Origin: Myxococcota bacterium
GTDB taxonomy: Bacteria > Myxococcota_A > SURF-8
Direction: 5' to 3'
Length of the DNA: 64,000 nt
Assembly: GCA_965140415.1 (NCBI GenBank)
Contig: OZ223209.1
Coordinates: 4,960,001 to 5,024,000, forward strand
The stretch's first letter is position 1, and every line of letters begins with the position of its first letter. This document shows, piece by piece, positions 8,626-19,052 of this stretch. The notes beneath the pieces were generated by a model. That model was not told the DNA's origin. It saw only the letters and a program-made list of their open reading frames with translations, and ran no database searches. The position numbers and the translations under genes were made by a program.

Positions 8626-11600
8626 TTACATGACGTCCTCTACCACAAAATCGGTCGGAGCGCAATTGCTTTTGCTCTCCGGTTCGTAGTACGGAGATGC
8701 TTCGCAGGAACCGGACGTTCCATCCATCGGATAACGCGCCAATAATTGATACGTGACTTCGAAAGTCTGTTGCGCGTCGATGCGTTCGACGTACAGAATC
8801 AATTGACGCCCGGCTTTCTCGAAACGCTGCAACACCGTATCTTGAACCTGCTGATTGAGCATGTCGGTCATCAAATCGAAGCCCGGCGGCAGGCCAAGAT
8901 CCACCAGCACCATCAAGACGTTGGAATCGGTTACGTTGCTGATACTGGCGGTGGCGGTGACGATATCGTTTACTGCCAGCGTGGTTTTGTCGTATTCGAC
9001 GTCGATCGTAATCGGTCCACCCTGCTGGTAGGGATCGCCTTCGCTGGGCAGCCAGTAACTGGATACAACGCTGTACATCACGTTGCCTTCGCCGCTGACG
9101 ACGAGATTGACTTCATTTTCGCCCGCCTGCAAGTACTCGGTCAGAACGACCTGCTGCAAGACATCGGAGTTATCGGCGTCGATCGTCAACACCGCCGCCT
9201 GCGAACCGTTGGCCATTACGGTGACGGTTGCATTGGCGTTCTCATCGCCGCCTTGCATACTTAATGTAGCAATAAAGAAGCGCAGCGCCTGGATCGTGCC
9301 CGCCGTGGTGGACCATTCGCCAAAGGAGCCCTTCTGCGCGACCAGCCAATCGGTGATGCCGCCAACCAGATCGACGTGAGAATTGGCTTTGATCAGCGCC
9401 TGCCCGATCAGCGCGGTGGTTTCCATTCCAGCCGAGCCGCCGGTGCCGTACATTTCTGTCTGCTGTTCCTGATCCCAATGAACCTTGCCGTCTTCATCCT
9501 CGATACGTAAATCGTAAAGCGCCTGCGTAACCGGGGCGATGGCGGAATCGTTGGGGTTGATGGTAGCCAGCATCATGGCGATCAGACCCAGCGAGTAGTT
9601 ATCATCCATCGCTTCAGAGACATTCGCCTTTACCCAGCTTGCACCCTTGGCGACTTCCGGACCATCGTAGCCGCTTTCGGCCAACGCCCAGGTGATATAT
9701 GCCGTGGTGCGGACCTTGCTGCTGGTGAAGTTATTGACTGCGCCTTCGTGAATGCCGCCCGCATCGAAATCGTAGGAGCCGTCGCTGTTCTGCAATCCAG
9801 CCAGCCAATCCTGGGTGCGTGCGATCATGTCGTCGTCGACATTGTGAACCTTTGCCATATCGGAGAATTCAAGCAGGCCGTAGGCGGTAAGCACGCGATG
9901 TGCGGGCGGAGAACCGAACCATTCGAAGCCGCCGCCGTCTACTTCGTAGCTGAGCAGACGTTGATAGCCCTGGCTGATCTTATCGCGTGCGTTCAATTCG
10001 ATTTCAGGCGTAATCTGGCCGGTCAGGATCATGTAATCGAGCACCAGCACGTTCGGATAGGTGCTGCTCGACGTCTGCTCGAAGCAGCCGGACGGCATTT
10101 GCAGCAGGCTGTCCAAACCTTCGATCACCTGGGAGAGCAGACCCGGATAAACCTTGACCCACAACTTGCTGGCGTCGGCAATGGCGTCTGCCGGGATCGT
10201 AGCCGTAACCGATTTGTCGCCGTCCAAACGACCGCTGACGGCGTTACGCACTTCCAGGCCATCGGGAATGACTTCGATGCTGCGGCGAATGGCATCGCTC
10301 ATCTGATCGCCGATGCCGTTTACGGTCAATTCGTGCCAACCGACTTCCACCACTTTCACCGGGAAGTAAATACCGGTAACGGAATTGGGACCGACCGTGA
10401 TCTGGCGCGAATTGCCTTCCAGATATTCGATCCAGCTTTCTTCGCTGGCTTCCAGCGAAATGGTCTGCGAGGTGCTCAGGTAGTTGTAAATCGCGATCGG
10501 CACATGCACGATATCGTTCTGCGTCAACGTTGCGGGGAAGTCGATGTCGATAAAGAAATCCTGGTATACGATGACGTTGCCGACATTGCTGCCGATCTGA
10601 CCGCTGCGGGTATTGGCCAGCGCCGTCATGCGCCAACTCGTGATGGAATCGGCCATGGTAAAGGAAACTTCCGCTTCACCACCGGCATCGGTAACGACCG
10701 CCGGGTTGACGTACAGCGTTTCCGGGAAGTAGGAACGCACGCGCGGACCATCGCCTTCGCCTTCCGTATCCTTGCCATTCTGATCTTCACCCTCGGAAGA
10801 GGGGTCCGCCGGTTGTTCGTTCCATTCCTCGCCATCGGCCATCGGCGGTTCTTCGCCACCGGCCAGCGCGCCGTCGTCGTCGCGCCAGTCATCCTGGCCA
10901 TTGGTATGACCGTACACGGATTCGGTTACGGTGATGTCGTCGTCGGTGCCGGTTTTTTCGTCCATGCCATTACTGACCAGTTCCAGGGTGCTGTCGCTAT
11001 AGCTCAATTTGTAGGCGTGACCCCAGGGATCGTAGAGCGGATCTTCGGATTCGTTGCGCTGCTCGATCCAGGCTTGAACGCCCTGCGTACCGCTGATGAA
11101 ACCGGCTTCCATCAGCCATTGGATATGCTCCGTAATTTCCGTCAGATCCTTTTCAACCGCTTCGGTGGCAGTGGCTTTGGCCACGGTATCCACTTCGGCG
11201 AAGGTATTGACGTTCATGCCGTAGGCGGCATCGGTTCCGGCTGAAGCCAAAAACGCACCTGCATAGGCTTCACGCTCGTCGGCTTGCTCCTGATCCTCCG
11301 GCTCCGGATCGAGCAGGTCCGCCGCATCGAAGCCATGAATTTCATAGCGCGGCTGCATCAGTTCTTCTTCCAGCGCGAAGTAAACCTTTTCCATACCGGG
11401 TTTCATGTCTTGCAGAGCGAAGACAGCTTCGTCCACCACCTGCACACCGATCACCGACTGCACGCCGTTATTGTCCGCATCTTTGACGCGGAAGGAAACG
11501 GAGGCTTCCTCGGCGGGAGCAAAGGTATCTTTGCTGGGCAGAATTTCCACGGTGAGCGAATTGCCCAGTTCGACGAAGACCAGCCGCCGGTCGCGGATGA

Positions 11601-13575
11601 TTTCACCCGCCGCACCCAGATAGTAGGCCATCAATTCGATGGAACCGTTCAGGGTGGCGTCGATGTCCAGCGTGTAGGTGCTGGCGCCGTCGGTCAACGA
11701 CAGCGTCGTCATCAGCATGGTCTGGCCATCTTTAATGACATCCAGATAAACGCGGTCGGGCAGATGCGCCGCTTCCCAGCCGTCGTTGGTGGCCAGCACC
11801 GAAATCTGAATGGAGTCGCCCACTTTGTAGATCGAACGATCCGTGCGCAGCATGACGTATTCGCGCGCAGTTTCGGCGGAGAAAGAGAACTCGCTTTGCG
11901 CGGTGTCGCCATTAGGCAGGCTGGCCGCCAAATTAAACGACAGGCTCTCCTCTTCCGGCGTCAAAGTGAAGGTGGTCAAGCCCCACAGACCGGTATTTAC
12001 ATCTTCGATGGTTCCGGTATTGCCGTCTTCGCCATGTGTGTAGCCGACATCGATGGTGGCGTTAACAGGCTTGCCGAAAGGATCGGTAGCCATCAGATAG
12101 AAGGTGTTTTCCACGCCCGGCACCAAGGAGCCGCTTTCGGGAACGACCGCCAGCAAAATGGCGTTTTCCACCACCATCACCGTGGCGGATTTGATCTGCT
12201 GATGACCGGCAGTATCGATGACTGCGATTTCCAAGAAGGCATACGCCTGATCCTGATCCAGTTCCTGCGCGACGAAGTAAGTCGGCAGTTCCAGGTCGAA
12301 TTCGAATCCGCCGTCGGCATCCAGCACGCCGGTAATGGTGGCGAAGGTCGTCAGTTCGACGTCGAATTTCTGCGCGGTGATTTCCACCGAACCGCCTGCA
12401 ACCGGCTGACCGAAGAAGTAGTCCGCCTGGACGGAGCCATGCAGGTTGTTGCCGGGGCGATAATAGGTTTTATCGCTGGTAAAGCCAACGCTGAATTTCG
12501 GCAGCGCGTAGCGTTCGACGGTGACGGTCTTCTCGCTGGTGAATTCGCCGACCTTGGCTTCGATTTTGAAGCTGCCTTCATTCAAGATGGTCGCCAGTTT
12601 GAATTCCGTGGAAGCCACGCCGTATTCGCTGGTTTCCAGTTGATCCTTGAACACCTTGTTGCCCTTGGCATCGAAAACGGAGAAGGTCACCGGCAAACCG
12701 GCTTCGGGAGCCAACGCCGGGCGCTTTAAGCAGAGACCGCGAATGTGAATGGTCTGTCCCGGCTGGTACATCGGCTTATCGGTGGTCAACAGGATCTTGG
12801 CTTCACGCGTAATCGCCAACGGGCTCATGGCCTGTTCCTGCTGCTCGCCGCCGGGCAGATCGATCAGGGTTTTGAGTTCCTTGTCGCCGAATTCTCCGGC
12901 AGGCAACTCGATTTTCACATCCGCCATACCGAATTCGTCGGTGGTGCCGGAACCGACCTGCACATCCAGGCCGTCTTCGTCGGTCAAAAAGAAAGCGGCC
13001 TGTGCACCTTGAACCGGCAGACCGCTATTGGGCTCGGAAACGATCAACTTATAAAAGGACTGGCTGCTCTCGAAAACACTGTCGGAGCCGAGTAGCTGAG
13101 CCTGAACGTAACGATACATGGCGTGCAAGGAGCGCGAACCCCAGATTTCGGGTTGCTTGTCTACCTGCGCCAGGTTGAATGTGACGATGTACTTGGCTTT
13201 GTCATCCGTGCCGAAATCCTCGGGTAGATCGGCCAAGGTGACTTCGCTGTCGGTAGTGGCATCTGAAAGATCGATGCGCACCGTTCGTTCGGTGACTTTC
13301 ACCGCATCCAGATCGGTCAGCCCGACCGTCAAATCCACCGAGCGATCGGCAGCTTTTTCCTGATGGATCGGAATCACCACCGAAAGGCCGTCGGAGGTCA
13401 AGCGCGCGGAGAATTCGCTTTCCAATAACTGGAAGGTCGCGCTCTCCAGATTGTCGTTGGTGTTGGTGTTAAAGTCGTCGTCCGGCGAGTCGCTGGAACT
13501 GCTACAGCCCAGCGCGCCCAGAACGAAAACCAGAACCGCGAAAATCCAAATCGGGTAGGTTTTAAATGGTTGCAT
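8626..13575 (-). CDS. Alpha-2-macroglobulin/thioester-containing lipoprotein
   Basis: Lipobox ALGC; MG2 motifs TDKPMYQPGQ and TDRSIYKVGD; VRSYFPETL; DSITSW; thioester PSGCFEQ (GCFEQ at 10075-10089); receptor-domain motif MVLVDLGLPPGF. Start at ATG 13575 with SD AGGAGAG. Confidence 0.92.
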   Translation of the reverse strand: MQPFKTYPIWIFAVLVFVLGALGCSSSSDSPDDDFNTNTNDNLESATFQLLESEFSARLTSDGLSVVIPIHQEKAADRSVDLTVGLTDLDAVKVTERTVRIDLSDATTDSEVTLADLPEDFGTDDKAKYIVTFNLAQVDKQPEIWGSRSLHAMYRYVQAQLLGSDSVFESSQSFYKLIVSEPNSGLPVQGAQAAFFLTDEDGLDVQVGSGTTDEFGMADVKIELPAGEFGDKELKTLIDLPGGEQQEQAMSPLAITREAKILLTTDKPMYQPGQTIHIRGLCLKRPALAPEAGLPVTFSVFDAKGNKVFKDQLETSEYGVASTEFKLATILNEGSFKIEAKVGEFTSEKTVTVERYALPKFSVGFTSDKTYYRPGNNLHGSVQADYFFGQPVAGGSVEITAQKFDVELTTFATITGVLDADGGFEFDLELPTYFVAQELDQDQAYAFLEIAVIDTAGHQQIKSATVMVVENAILLAVVPESGSLVPGVENTFYLMATDPFGKPVNATIDVGYTHGEDGNTGTIEDVNTGLWGLTTFTLTPEEESLSFNLAASLPNGDTAQSEFSFSAETAREYVMLRTDRSIYKVGDSIQISVLATNDGWEAAHLPDRVYLDVIKDGQTMLMTTLSLTDGASTYTLDIDATLNGSIELMAYYLGAAGEIIRDRRLVFVELGNSLTVEILPSKDTFAPAEEASVSFRVKDADNNGVQSVIGVQVVDEAVFALQDMKPGMEKVYFALEEELMQPRYEIHGFDAADLLDPEPEDQEQADEREAYAGAFLASAGTDAAYGMNVNTFAEVDTVAKATATEAVEKDLTEITEHIQWLMEAGFISGTQGVQAWIEQRNESEDPLYDPWGHAYKLSYSDSTLELVSNGMDEKTGTDDDITVTESVYGHTNGQDDWRDDDGALAGGEEPPMADGEEWNEQPADPSSEGEDQNGKDTEGEGDGPRVRSYFPETLYVNPAVVTDAGGEAEVSFTMADSITSWRMTALANTRSGQIGSNVGNVIVYQDFFIDIDFPATLTQNDIVHVPIAIYNYLSTSQTISLEASEESWIEYLEGNSRQITVGPNSVTGIYFPVKVVEVGWHELTVNGIGDQMSDAIRRSIEVIPDGLEVRNAVSGRLDGDKSVTATIPADAIADASKLWVKVYPGLLSQVIEGLDSLLQMPSGCFEQTSSSTYPNVLVLDYMILTGQITPEIELNARDKISQGYQRLLSYEVDGGGFEWFGSPPAHRVLTAYGLLEFSDMAKVHNVDDDMIARTQDWLAGLQNSDGSYDFDAGGIHEGAVNNFTSSKVRTTAYITWALAESGYDGPEVAKGASWVKANVSEAMDDNYSLGLIAMMLATINPNDSAIAPVTQALYDLRIEDEDGKVHWDQEQQTEMYGTGGSAGMETTALIGQALIKANSHVDLVGGITDWLVAQKGSFGEWSTTAGTIQALRFFIATLSMQGGDENANATVTVMANGSQAAVLTIDADNSDVLQQVVLTEYLQAGENEVNLVVSGEGNVMYSVVSSYWLPSEGDPYQQGGPITIDVEYDKTTLAVNDIVTATASISNVTDSNVLMVLVDLGLPPGFDLMTDMLNQQVQDTVLQRFEKAGRQLILYVERIDAQQTFEVTYQLLARYPMDGTSGSCEASPYYEPESKSNCAPTDFVVEDVM

Positions 13576-13686
13576 GATTTCTCTCCTGTCGATCGTTCCG
13601 AATATACTTTCGTTACCGTTTTCCTGTCGAAAACCGGGTACTTCTAAAAGTGACAACTTGTAATAAAGCGCCAACCTATATGATGC

Positions 13687-13703
13687 AGCAAGTTCCATAC
13701 CAA
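13687..13703 (-). promoter_or_regulatory. Sigma-54 (-24/-12) promoter of the A2M gene
   Basis: Minus strand reads TTGGTATGGAACTTGCT (GG-N10-GC), about 110 nt upstream of the start; an AT-rich IHF-like tract lies near 13740-13770. Confidence 0.7.
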
Positions 13704-13911
13704 GTGAACGAAGCCCGCCAATTCATGCAAATTCGAATTTTCTTTACTTATATGTAACTGATATTACAAGGCATATCAGGCATGGCGAACAAGAGACGGT
13801 CTCGCACTCGGACAGGAAGGCATTGTAAAGGCTACTTGACAGTTTTCATCCGATTGTGACAAGCAGGGAAGATGGGATTTTGCTTTATTGGTTTGAAACT
13901 CCTGTCCCGAC

Positions 13912-14002
13912 GGATGGCATGGGCAAAGCGAAGAGAAACGAAGCCCATGTGAATGTCGAACACGGGCAAGCCTGTGGCTTCGCCCGTGCCACCCTTAAAT
14001 CA
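13912..14002 (-). repeat. Dispersed palindromic repeat family A, copy 2
   Basis: GGATGGCATGGGCAAAGCG...CGAACACGGGCAAGCCTGTGGCTTCGCCCGTGCCACCC. Confidence 0.8.
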
Positions 14003-14182
14003 GACAAATTTGCGATTTCTTGAGATGCACCTGCGCCAACACACCAACGCAGAAACCTGGAAATTCTTCCCCTTTTTTTCCTGACATGCTACAGTATGGG
14101 ATTGAAATTGGGAATCCACGGACACGGACAATGTGGATCGTCGATCCGGGCGATCCTGCCACGAAAAAGAGAGAATTCTATC

Positions 14183-16258
14183 ATGACTAACAAAATCCAC
14201 TGGCTGGCAGCGGTCTGCCTTACTCTATTGCTTTTTTGTGCCTGCTCCGACGATGGCGATTCCTTCATTTCCGACGGGGATACGTCAGATGGCGATATGA
14301 TCGACGGAGATAGCGATTCAAGTATCGATGGCGACAGCGACGCGGTAGCAGCTATTCCGCGATTGCAGGCAGAAGCATTAGCTGGGTTGTCTCCCAACTT
14401 CAACTTCAGCGACGAATCCGATTTCTTCAACTTCCCCTACCCTAACGATTATTTCCTGGCGGAAGACGGCCACATCCGTCTGCCCGGCTTTCCCACAAAT
14501 AACAGTTCGCTGGTCGAAACCTTCATTGAAGAAGCCGAGCGCCTATTAGACGGATTCGGCAACAACAGCCCGACGTTCTGGACCTTCCCGGAGGCCATCG
14601 ATACGGATTCATTACCGGCGAATCTGGCAGAGAGTGTGGACATTCAAAGTGCGGTGCTGCTGGTCAACATCGATCCGAATTCGGAGCAATACGGCGAATT
14701 TACACCGCTGGACTGGCATTACACCAGCGAAGCCAACGACTACGAACCGGCCAACCTGCTGGCCGTGGCTCCGGCAGATGGCTTTCCGCTGATGGGTGCG
14801 ACGACTTACGCCATGATCCTGACCGATAAGCTGTTGGATACACAGGGAAATGCGCTTGGCCGCTCCGAAAGCATGGCGGAACTGCTGCAAGGACTGGGAC
14901 AGGCAGAACTCGATCTGGTCTATGCACCTTTGGTGGATTGGCTGGTGGAACAGGCCGAATTGCTGCCGGTCGAGCGGGTGCGGGCAGCGACCGTCTTTAC
15001 GACATTGGACCCGACAGCCGAACTGAAAGCGATTTACGATTATCTGAAAGACGAATATCCAAGCGGAGCCGTCACCGGGGAACTGGTGGATTGCGAGTAT
15101 ATCGGAACCGCAGGAAATTTCATGCGTTTCCACGGACATTACAGCGCGCCCAATTTCCAGGAAGGCGAGGTTCCCTACGCCGCCGAGGGTGGAAACATTC
15201 TCTTCGACGAAAACGGCGATCCCATCGTACAGAAAATGGAAGACCTGCGCTTTGTCCTTACGATTCCGACCGATGGTCAGATGCCAGCAAACGGCTGGCC
15301 GCTGGTAGAAGTTTCCCACGGCACGGGTGGTTCGGCCACCGGCTTTGTGGGCACCGGGGACTTCTCCCGTTCGCGAGCTTTGGCGGAAATGGGACTGGCC
15401 GCCATCGGCATCGATCAGCCCTTACACGGTCCCCGCTCGGATGTCACCGACGACGATTTGCTGACTTTGTATACCTTCAACTTCCTGAACGTCCAATCGG
15501 GGCGCAGCGTTTTCCGGCAGGCGGCCATCGACAATATCGCATTGACGCGCTTTATCCGCGCGGGCAAGTTGCAACTCTCTGCCAATACCTGCACGAACTG
15601 GCCTGCCTCATTATCAGCACCGACCTTCGACCCGGACAACCTGCTGTTCATCGGTCATAGCCAGGGCGGCATGAGCGGCGCATTGGCGGCGGCGGTGGAA
15701 GACGATATCAAGGGCTGGATGCTATCCGGTGCCGGTGGTCGCATGGCGGTGACGATTATCGAGCGCGAAGACCCGGACATTCTGGAGATGGTCAGCACTT
15801 TCATCAGCCTGGATCGCGAAGACGCGCACATTCACCACCCGCTGGTCGCCTTGGTGCAATGGCTGACGGAAATCACCGACATGATCAACTACGCTCCGTA
15901 TTGGGAGGAGCGCCCCTTTAACGGACACGCTCGTAACGTCATGCTTACCAACGGTTTTCTGGATACCATGACGCCGAAACGCACGGCGGCGGCACTGGCG
16001 ACTTCCGGGCGACTGCCACAGATCGAGCCGGTCAGCGAAACGCTGCCGGGGCTGGAGTTACTGGGAATGTCATCCTATTCGCGCCCAGCCACAGACACCA
16101 TCACCGGCCCGGACGGAGAAAAGGCCACCTCCGGTTTCTGTCAATACCCGGACGACGGCCACTTCGCCATCTTCCGCAACCAGGACGCACTTGAAATGTA
16201 TCAGGAGTTTCTACGCTCGGTCGCCTACGACAACAAGGGCGTGTTGGGCTACGAGTGA
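14183..16258 (+). CDS. Lipoprotein with DGD linker and alpha/beta-hydrolase domain
   Basis: Lipobox FCAC, DGD repeats, FPYPND, HGTGG, IDQPLHG and the GHSQG nucleophile elbow. Start at ATG 14183. Confidence 0.85.
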   Translation: MTNKIHWLAAVCLTLLLFCACSDDGDSFISDGDTSDGDMIDGDSDSSIDGDSDAVAAIPRLQAEALAGLSPNFNFSDESDFFNFPYPNDYFLAEDGHIRLPGFPTNNSSLVETFIEEAERLLDGFGNNSPTFWTFPEAIDTDSLPANLAESVDIQSAVLLVNIDPNSEQYGEFTPLDWHYTSEANDYEPANLLAVAPADGFPLMGATTYAMILTDKLLDTQGNALGRSESMAELLQGLGQAELDLVYAPLVDWLVEQAELLPVERVRAATVFTTLDPTAELKAIYDYLKDEYPSGAVTGELVDCEYIGTAGNFMRFHGHYSAPNFQEGEVPYAAEGGNILFDENGDPIVQKMEDLRFVLTIPTDGQMPANGWPLVEVSHGTGGSATGFVGTGDFSRSRALAEMGLAAIGIDQPLHGPRSDVTDDDLLTLYTFNFLNVQSGRSVFRQAAIDNIALTRFIRAGKLQLSANTCTNWPASLSAPTFDPDNLLFIGHSQGGMSGALAAAVEDDIKGWMLSGAGGRMAVTIIEREDPDILEMVSTFISLDREDAHIHHPLVALVQWLTEITDMINYAPYWEERPFNGHARNVMLTNGFLDTMTPKRTAAALATSGRLPQIEPVSETLPGLELLGMSSYSRPATDTITGPDGEKATSGFCQYPDDGHFAIFRNQDALEMYQEFLRSVAYDNKGVLGYE

Positions 16259-16309
16259 TCCTCGAGCAGACATCCGTGCATCGCCGAAGAATTCTGTAAG
16301 GAGTTTACC

Positions 16310-18115
16310 ATGCCGCGCATCGCTTTGTTGATGTTACTATTATTCAGCACGTTATTATCTCTTCCCGCAACGGCGGCGGTTCCCTGCCGCAATCCCACCG
16401 TGGGCATGGAATGCGACTTCGAAGGGTTTCGCTTCGGCGCACTGGAGCCGGAACTAGAGACAATCACCGCAACCTGCCGCCTGATCAGCACGAAACTCGT
16501 GATTTTCGTGCAGAACGGCAAGGAAGGCACGGCGACGGTGGAGCGGCTGCAAACGCTGGTGAATGCCTTCGAAACGGCGACACCCGCCAATTCGGAGCAG
16601 GGTATCCTTCGTGCTGCAAAAAACTACGGTTCGCTGCCTGCCACTCCCGACAACGATGACCGCGTGTACCTGGTGGTAGGCGATATCACAAACAACGCGC
16701 CCAATCCCGTGACCGCCTATTTCCGGGAAAAGGACATCGAACTGGATCACGGCGAACCGCTCGAAGGCAGCAATCAACACAAGGTAATATTCCTGGAAGT
16801 GGACAATTTCGACTCCGACCAGCGCCAGGGAGATCTGGCGCGCGAAACGCTGAACCTTACGCACTATGGCTTCGACGCCAACGAGGAAGAATGGATCAAG
16901 GATATTCTGGCGCGCAAGTTCGTAGTGGAACTGGGATTCGACAGCTACCTGGACCCGGTGGCGCAGTTTGCGCAATCGCCCAATAAACCGCTGGTCTCCG
17001 ACGATCCGGACCATGGCGCCACGACACTGTTCGGTATCTATCTTTCCGAAGTGTTCGAGTCGCTGTTTTTCGTAAGCTGGTTACAGGATGATACCAACGG
17101 CATGGCGGGCTTCGAGGAAAAACTGGGTATCGGCGGCGGTTTGTACAACAACTTCTGCGATTACTTCCATGAGTGGGCAACCTTTAACGGCCTGAATATG
17201 GGTGACTACGCCTACCACAGCATCCAGATCAACGATTTCAACGCGCGTTTCATTCAGAATCATCCGGGGACCGTGGCGGACAGCCTGGTTCAATATGCCG
17301 CCTCCTATATCGAAATCGATGTATCCGACGTGCAGCCGGAAGATGACTTTGAAGTAACCTACGAAGTGGCCGACACCACCGGCGTGCGCGTCACGGCGGC
17401 GCGTATCAATCGGCAGGGCATGCAGACGGGAGAGATCGGCGAACTGACCATCAACGCCGGACAGCCGACGCTCTTCCATTTCGATGATGCCGGCGAAAGC
17501 TACGATACCATCGTGCTGATTTCCTCGCGTTGCGCACCGGCAGACCCGATGCTCTACACCATCACAACCCGTGTAATCGAGCCGGTGCAACCGGATGGCG
17601 ACGAATCCCCGGACGGCGACACGGTGGTTACAGACGGCGACAGTGAAAGCTCCGATGGCGATTCGACCGATGGCGACGTGACTATCGATGGGGACGCCGA
17701 AGCGGAAGCGGATACTTCCACACCGATCATCGAAGGTTCGCTGAGTTGCCCGGAAGTGAACGAATGCTACCTGGACGCCGCCAACTCGACCGAACAGCAG
17801 GACTGTGTGGATGCGGGTACAAATCTGGCGCAGCGCCAATGGGCGGCGTATGTGGCCTGTATCAGCGGCGAGAAGGGTGGGCAGAACTGCCTTTCGCTGG
17901 AGACCGTCGAAGAGCGCGAAGCCTGCATGATCACCAACTGCACCAACGACGAATTGAAAGTCTGCGGCATCAATATCGTCGATCCGGGCGACAATCCCGA
18001 AGATCTGGGCGGATCGAGTTGCGCCGGTTTTAACGGAACGCATAATCACTGGCTTTGGCTATTGCTGTTAGCTGCTTTCGTTCTTCGTCAATGCAGGCAA
18101 CGGATGAAAGCATGA
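16310..18115 (+). CDS. Secreted metallopeptidase-like protein with degenerate zinc motif and a MYXO-CTERM-like C-terminal anchor
   Basis: Signal peptide; DNDDRVYL, AYF and SNQ segments; ARETLNLTH...NEEEWI in place of AHExxH; DGD linker; Cys-rich domain; GGSSC + hydrophobic helix + basic tail. Confidence 0.75.
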   Translation: MPRIALLMLLLFSTLLSLPATAAVPCRNPTVGMECDFEGFRFGALEPELETITATCRLISTKLVIFVQNGKEGTATVERLQTLVNAFETATPANSEQGILRAAKNYGSLPATPDNDDRVYLVVGDITNNAPNPVTAYFREKDIELDHGEPLEGSNQHKVIFLEVDNFDSDQRQGDLARETLNLTHYGFDANEEEWIKDILARKFVVELGFDSYLDPVAQFAQSPNKPLVSDDPDHGATTLFGIYLSEVFESLFFVSWLQDDTNGMAGFEEKLGIGGGLYNNFCDYFHEWATFNGLNMGDYAYHSIQINDFNARFIQNHPGTVADSLVQYAASYIEIDVSDVQPEDDFEVTYEVADTTGVRVTAARINRQGMQTGEIGELTINAGQPTLFHFDDAGESYDTIVLISSRCAPADPMLYTITTRVIEPVQPDGDESPDGDTVVTDGDSESSDGDSTDGDVTIDGDAEAEADTSTPIIEGSLSCPEVNECYLDAANSTEQQDCVDAGTNLAQRQWAAYVACISGEKGGQNCLSLETVEEREACMITNCTNDELKVCGINIVDPGDNPEDLGGSSCAGFNGTHNHWLWLLLLAAFVLRQCRQRMKA

Positions 18116-18747
18116 TGGAGCGCGACGTCGTTTTCGGCAGCAACCCGCAACTGGCCGGGCGCTGGGGCGAATCCAAGCAACCCAAGGCGGCGCTCGTCTT
18201 TTCCCATCCCCACCCGTTAATGGGCGGCACGATGAGCAATAATGTCGTGCGGCTCTGCTGCCACTGGCTCAATCGCATGGACATCGCGACCCTGCGCTAT
18301 GATTTTCGCGGCGCGGGCGATTCCGGCGGCGAGCACGACGGCGGAGCCGGGGAAGTCGAAGATGTTCTGGCCGCCGTTGCGCAGGCACGCTGGCTGCTTG
18401 CGGAGTCGAATTTGCAACTGCCGCTGGTGCTGGCGGGCTACAGCTTTGGAAGCTGGGTCAACTGGCAAGCACTACCGGAACTGGACGATCTCTTTGGCCT
18501 GGTGCTCGTCTCCCCGCCGATGGCGCTGGACCCCTACCATTTTACGCCGTATCCCGACTTGCAACTCCCCGCGCTGGCTTTGGTAGGCGACCGCGACGAA
18601 TTTTGCCCGGCGGTGCAGTTTCGTCCGCAGATCGACGCGCTGTGTGCAAAAATGCAGGTGCATGTCGAAACGGGCATGGACCACTTCTGGTTCGGGCAGG
18701 AACGCGCACTGGCCGAACGCATCGCCACACGTTTCGGGTGGGGGTGA
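18112..18747 (+). CDS. Alpha/beta hydrolase
   Basis: HPHPLMGGTMSN, DFRGAGDS, GYSFG, GDRDEF and DHFW motifs; ATGA overlap with the upstream stop. Confidence 0.88.
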   Translation: MMERDVVFGSNPQLAGRWGESKQPKAALVFSHPHPLMGGTMSNNVVRLCCHWLNRMDIATLRYDFRGAGDSGGEHDGGAGEVEDVLAAVAQARWLLAESNLQLPLVLAGYSFGSWVNWQALPELDDLFGLVLVSPPMALDPYHFTPYPDLQLPALALVGDRDEFCPAVQFRPQIDALCAKMQVHVETGMDHFWFGQERALAERIATRFGWG

Positions 18748-18802
18748 AGAAAAAAATTCCTCCGAAGACATACTATAAGACTTTGCGATTGACTATGAAA
18801 AC

Positions 18803-18896
18803 GGGTGCCATGGGCAAAGCGAGAGAAACGAGCTTGCCCATGCAACTCCCGAACACGGGCAAGCCTGCGGCTTAGCCCGCGCCACCCTGGAATCAA
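18803..18896 (-). repeat. Dispersed palindromic repeat family A, copy 3
   Basis: GGGTGCCATGGGCAAAGCG...CGAACACGGGCAAGCCTGCGGCTTAGCCCGCGCCACCCTGGAATCAA. Confidence 0.8.
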
Positions 18897-18952
18897 GCAG
18901 GTTTGCAATATGTTGTATTGAATCCTTCCTCTATTTTCCCACCATCAAAGCC

Positions 18953-18981
18953 TTGACCAATATTCGGGGGTAGGCTAGCAT
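18953..18981 (+). promoter_or_regulatory. Probable sigma-70 promoter of pruA
   Basis: TTGACC-N17-TAGCAT. Confidence 0.5.
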
Positions 18982-19052
18982 GACTCCGCCAACCTGGAGC
19001 CTTTGAGGAATTGCAGCGTTTAAAGTAAAACTTGTTTCAAAGGAGGAAAGCC

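Noticed and set aside
9748-12729. Long plus-strand ORFs of 498 and 481 aa
   Set aside because: Antisense shadows of the A2M gene caused by codon bias.
13576-13698. N-terminal extensions in the ORF track (A2M from 13698; likewise 14096, 21812, 28877, 44738, 63991)
   Set aside because: Downstream ATGs have better SD or signal-peptide context; the A2M extension would overlap its own sigma-54 promoter.
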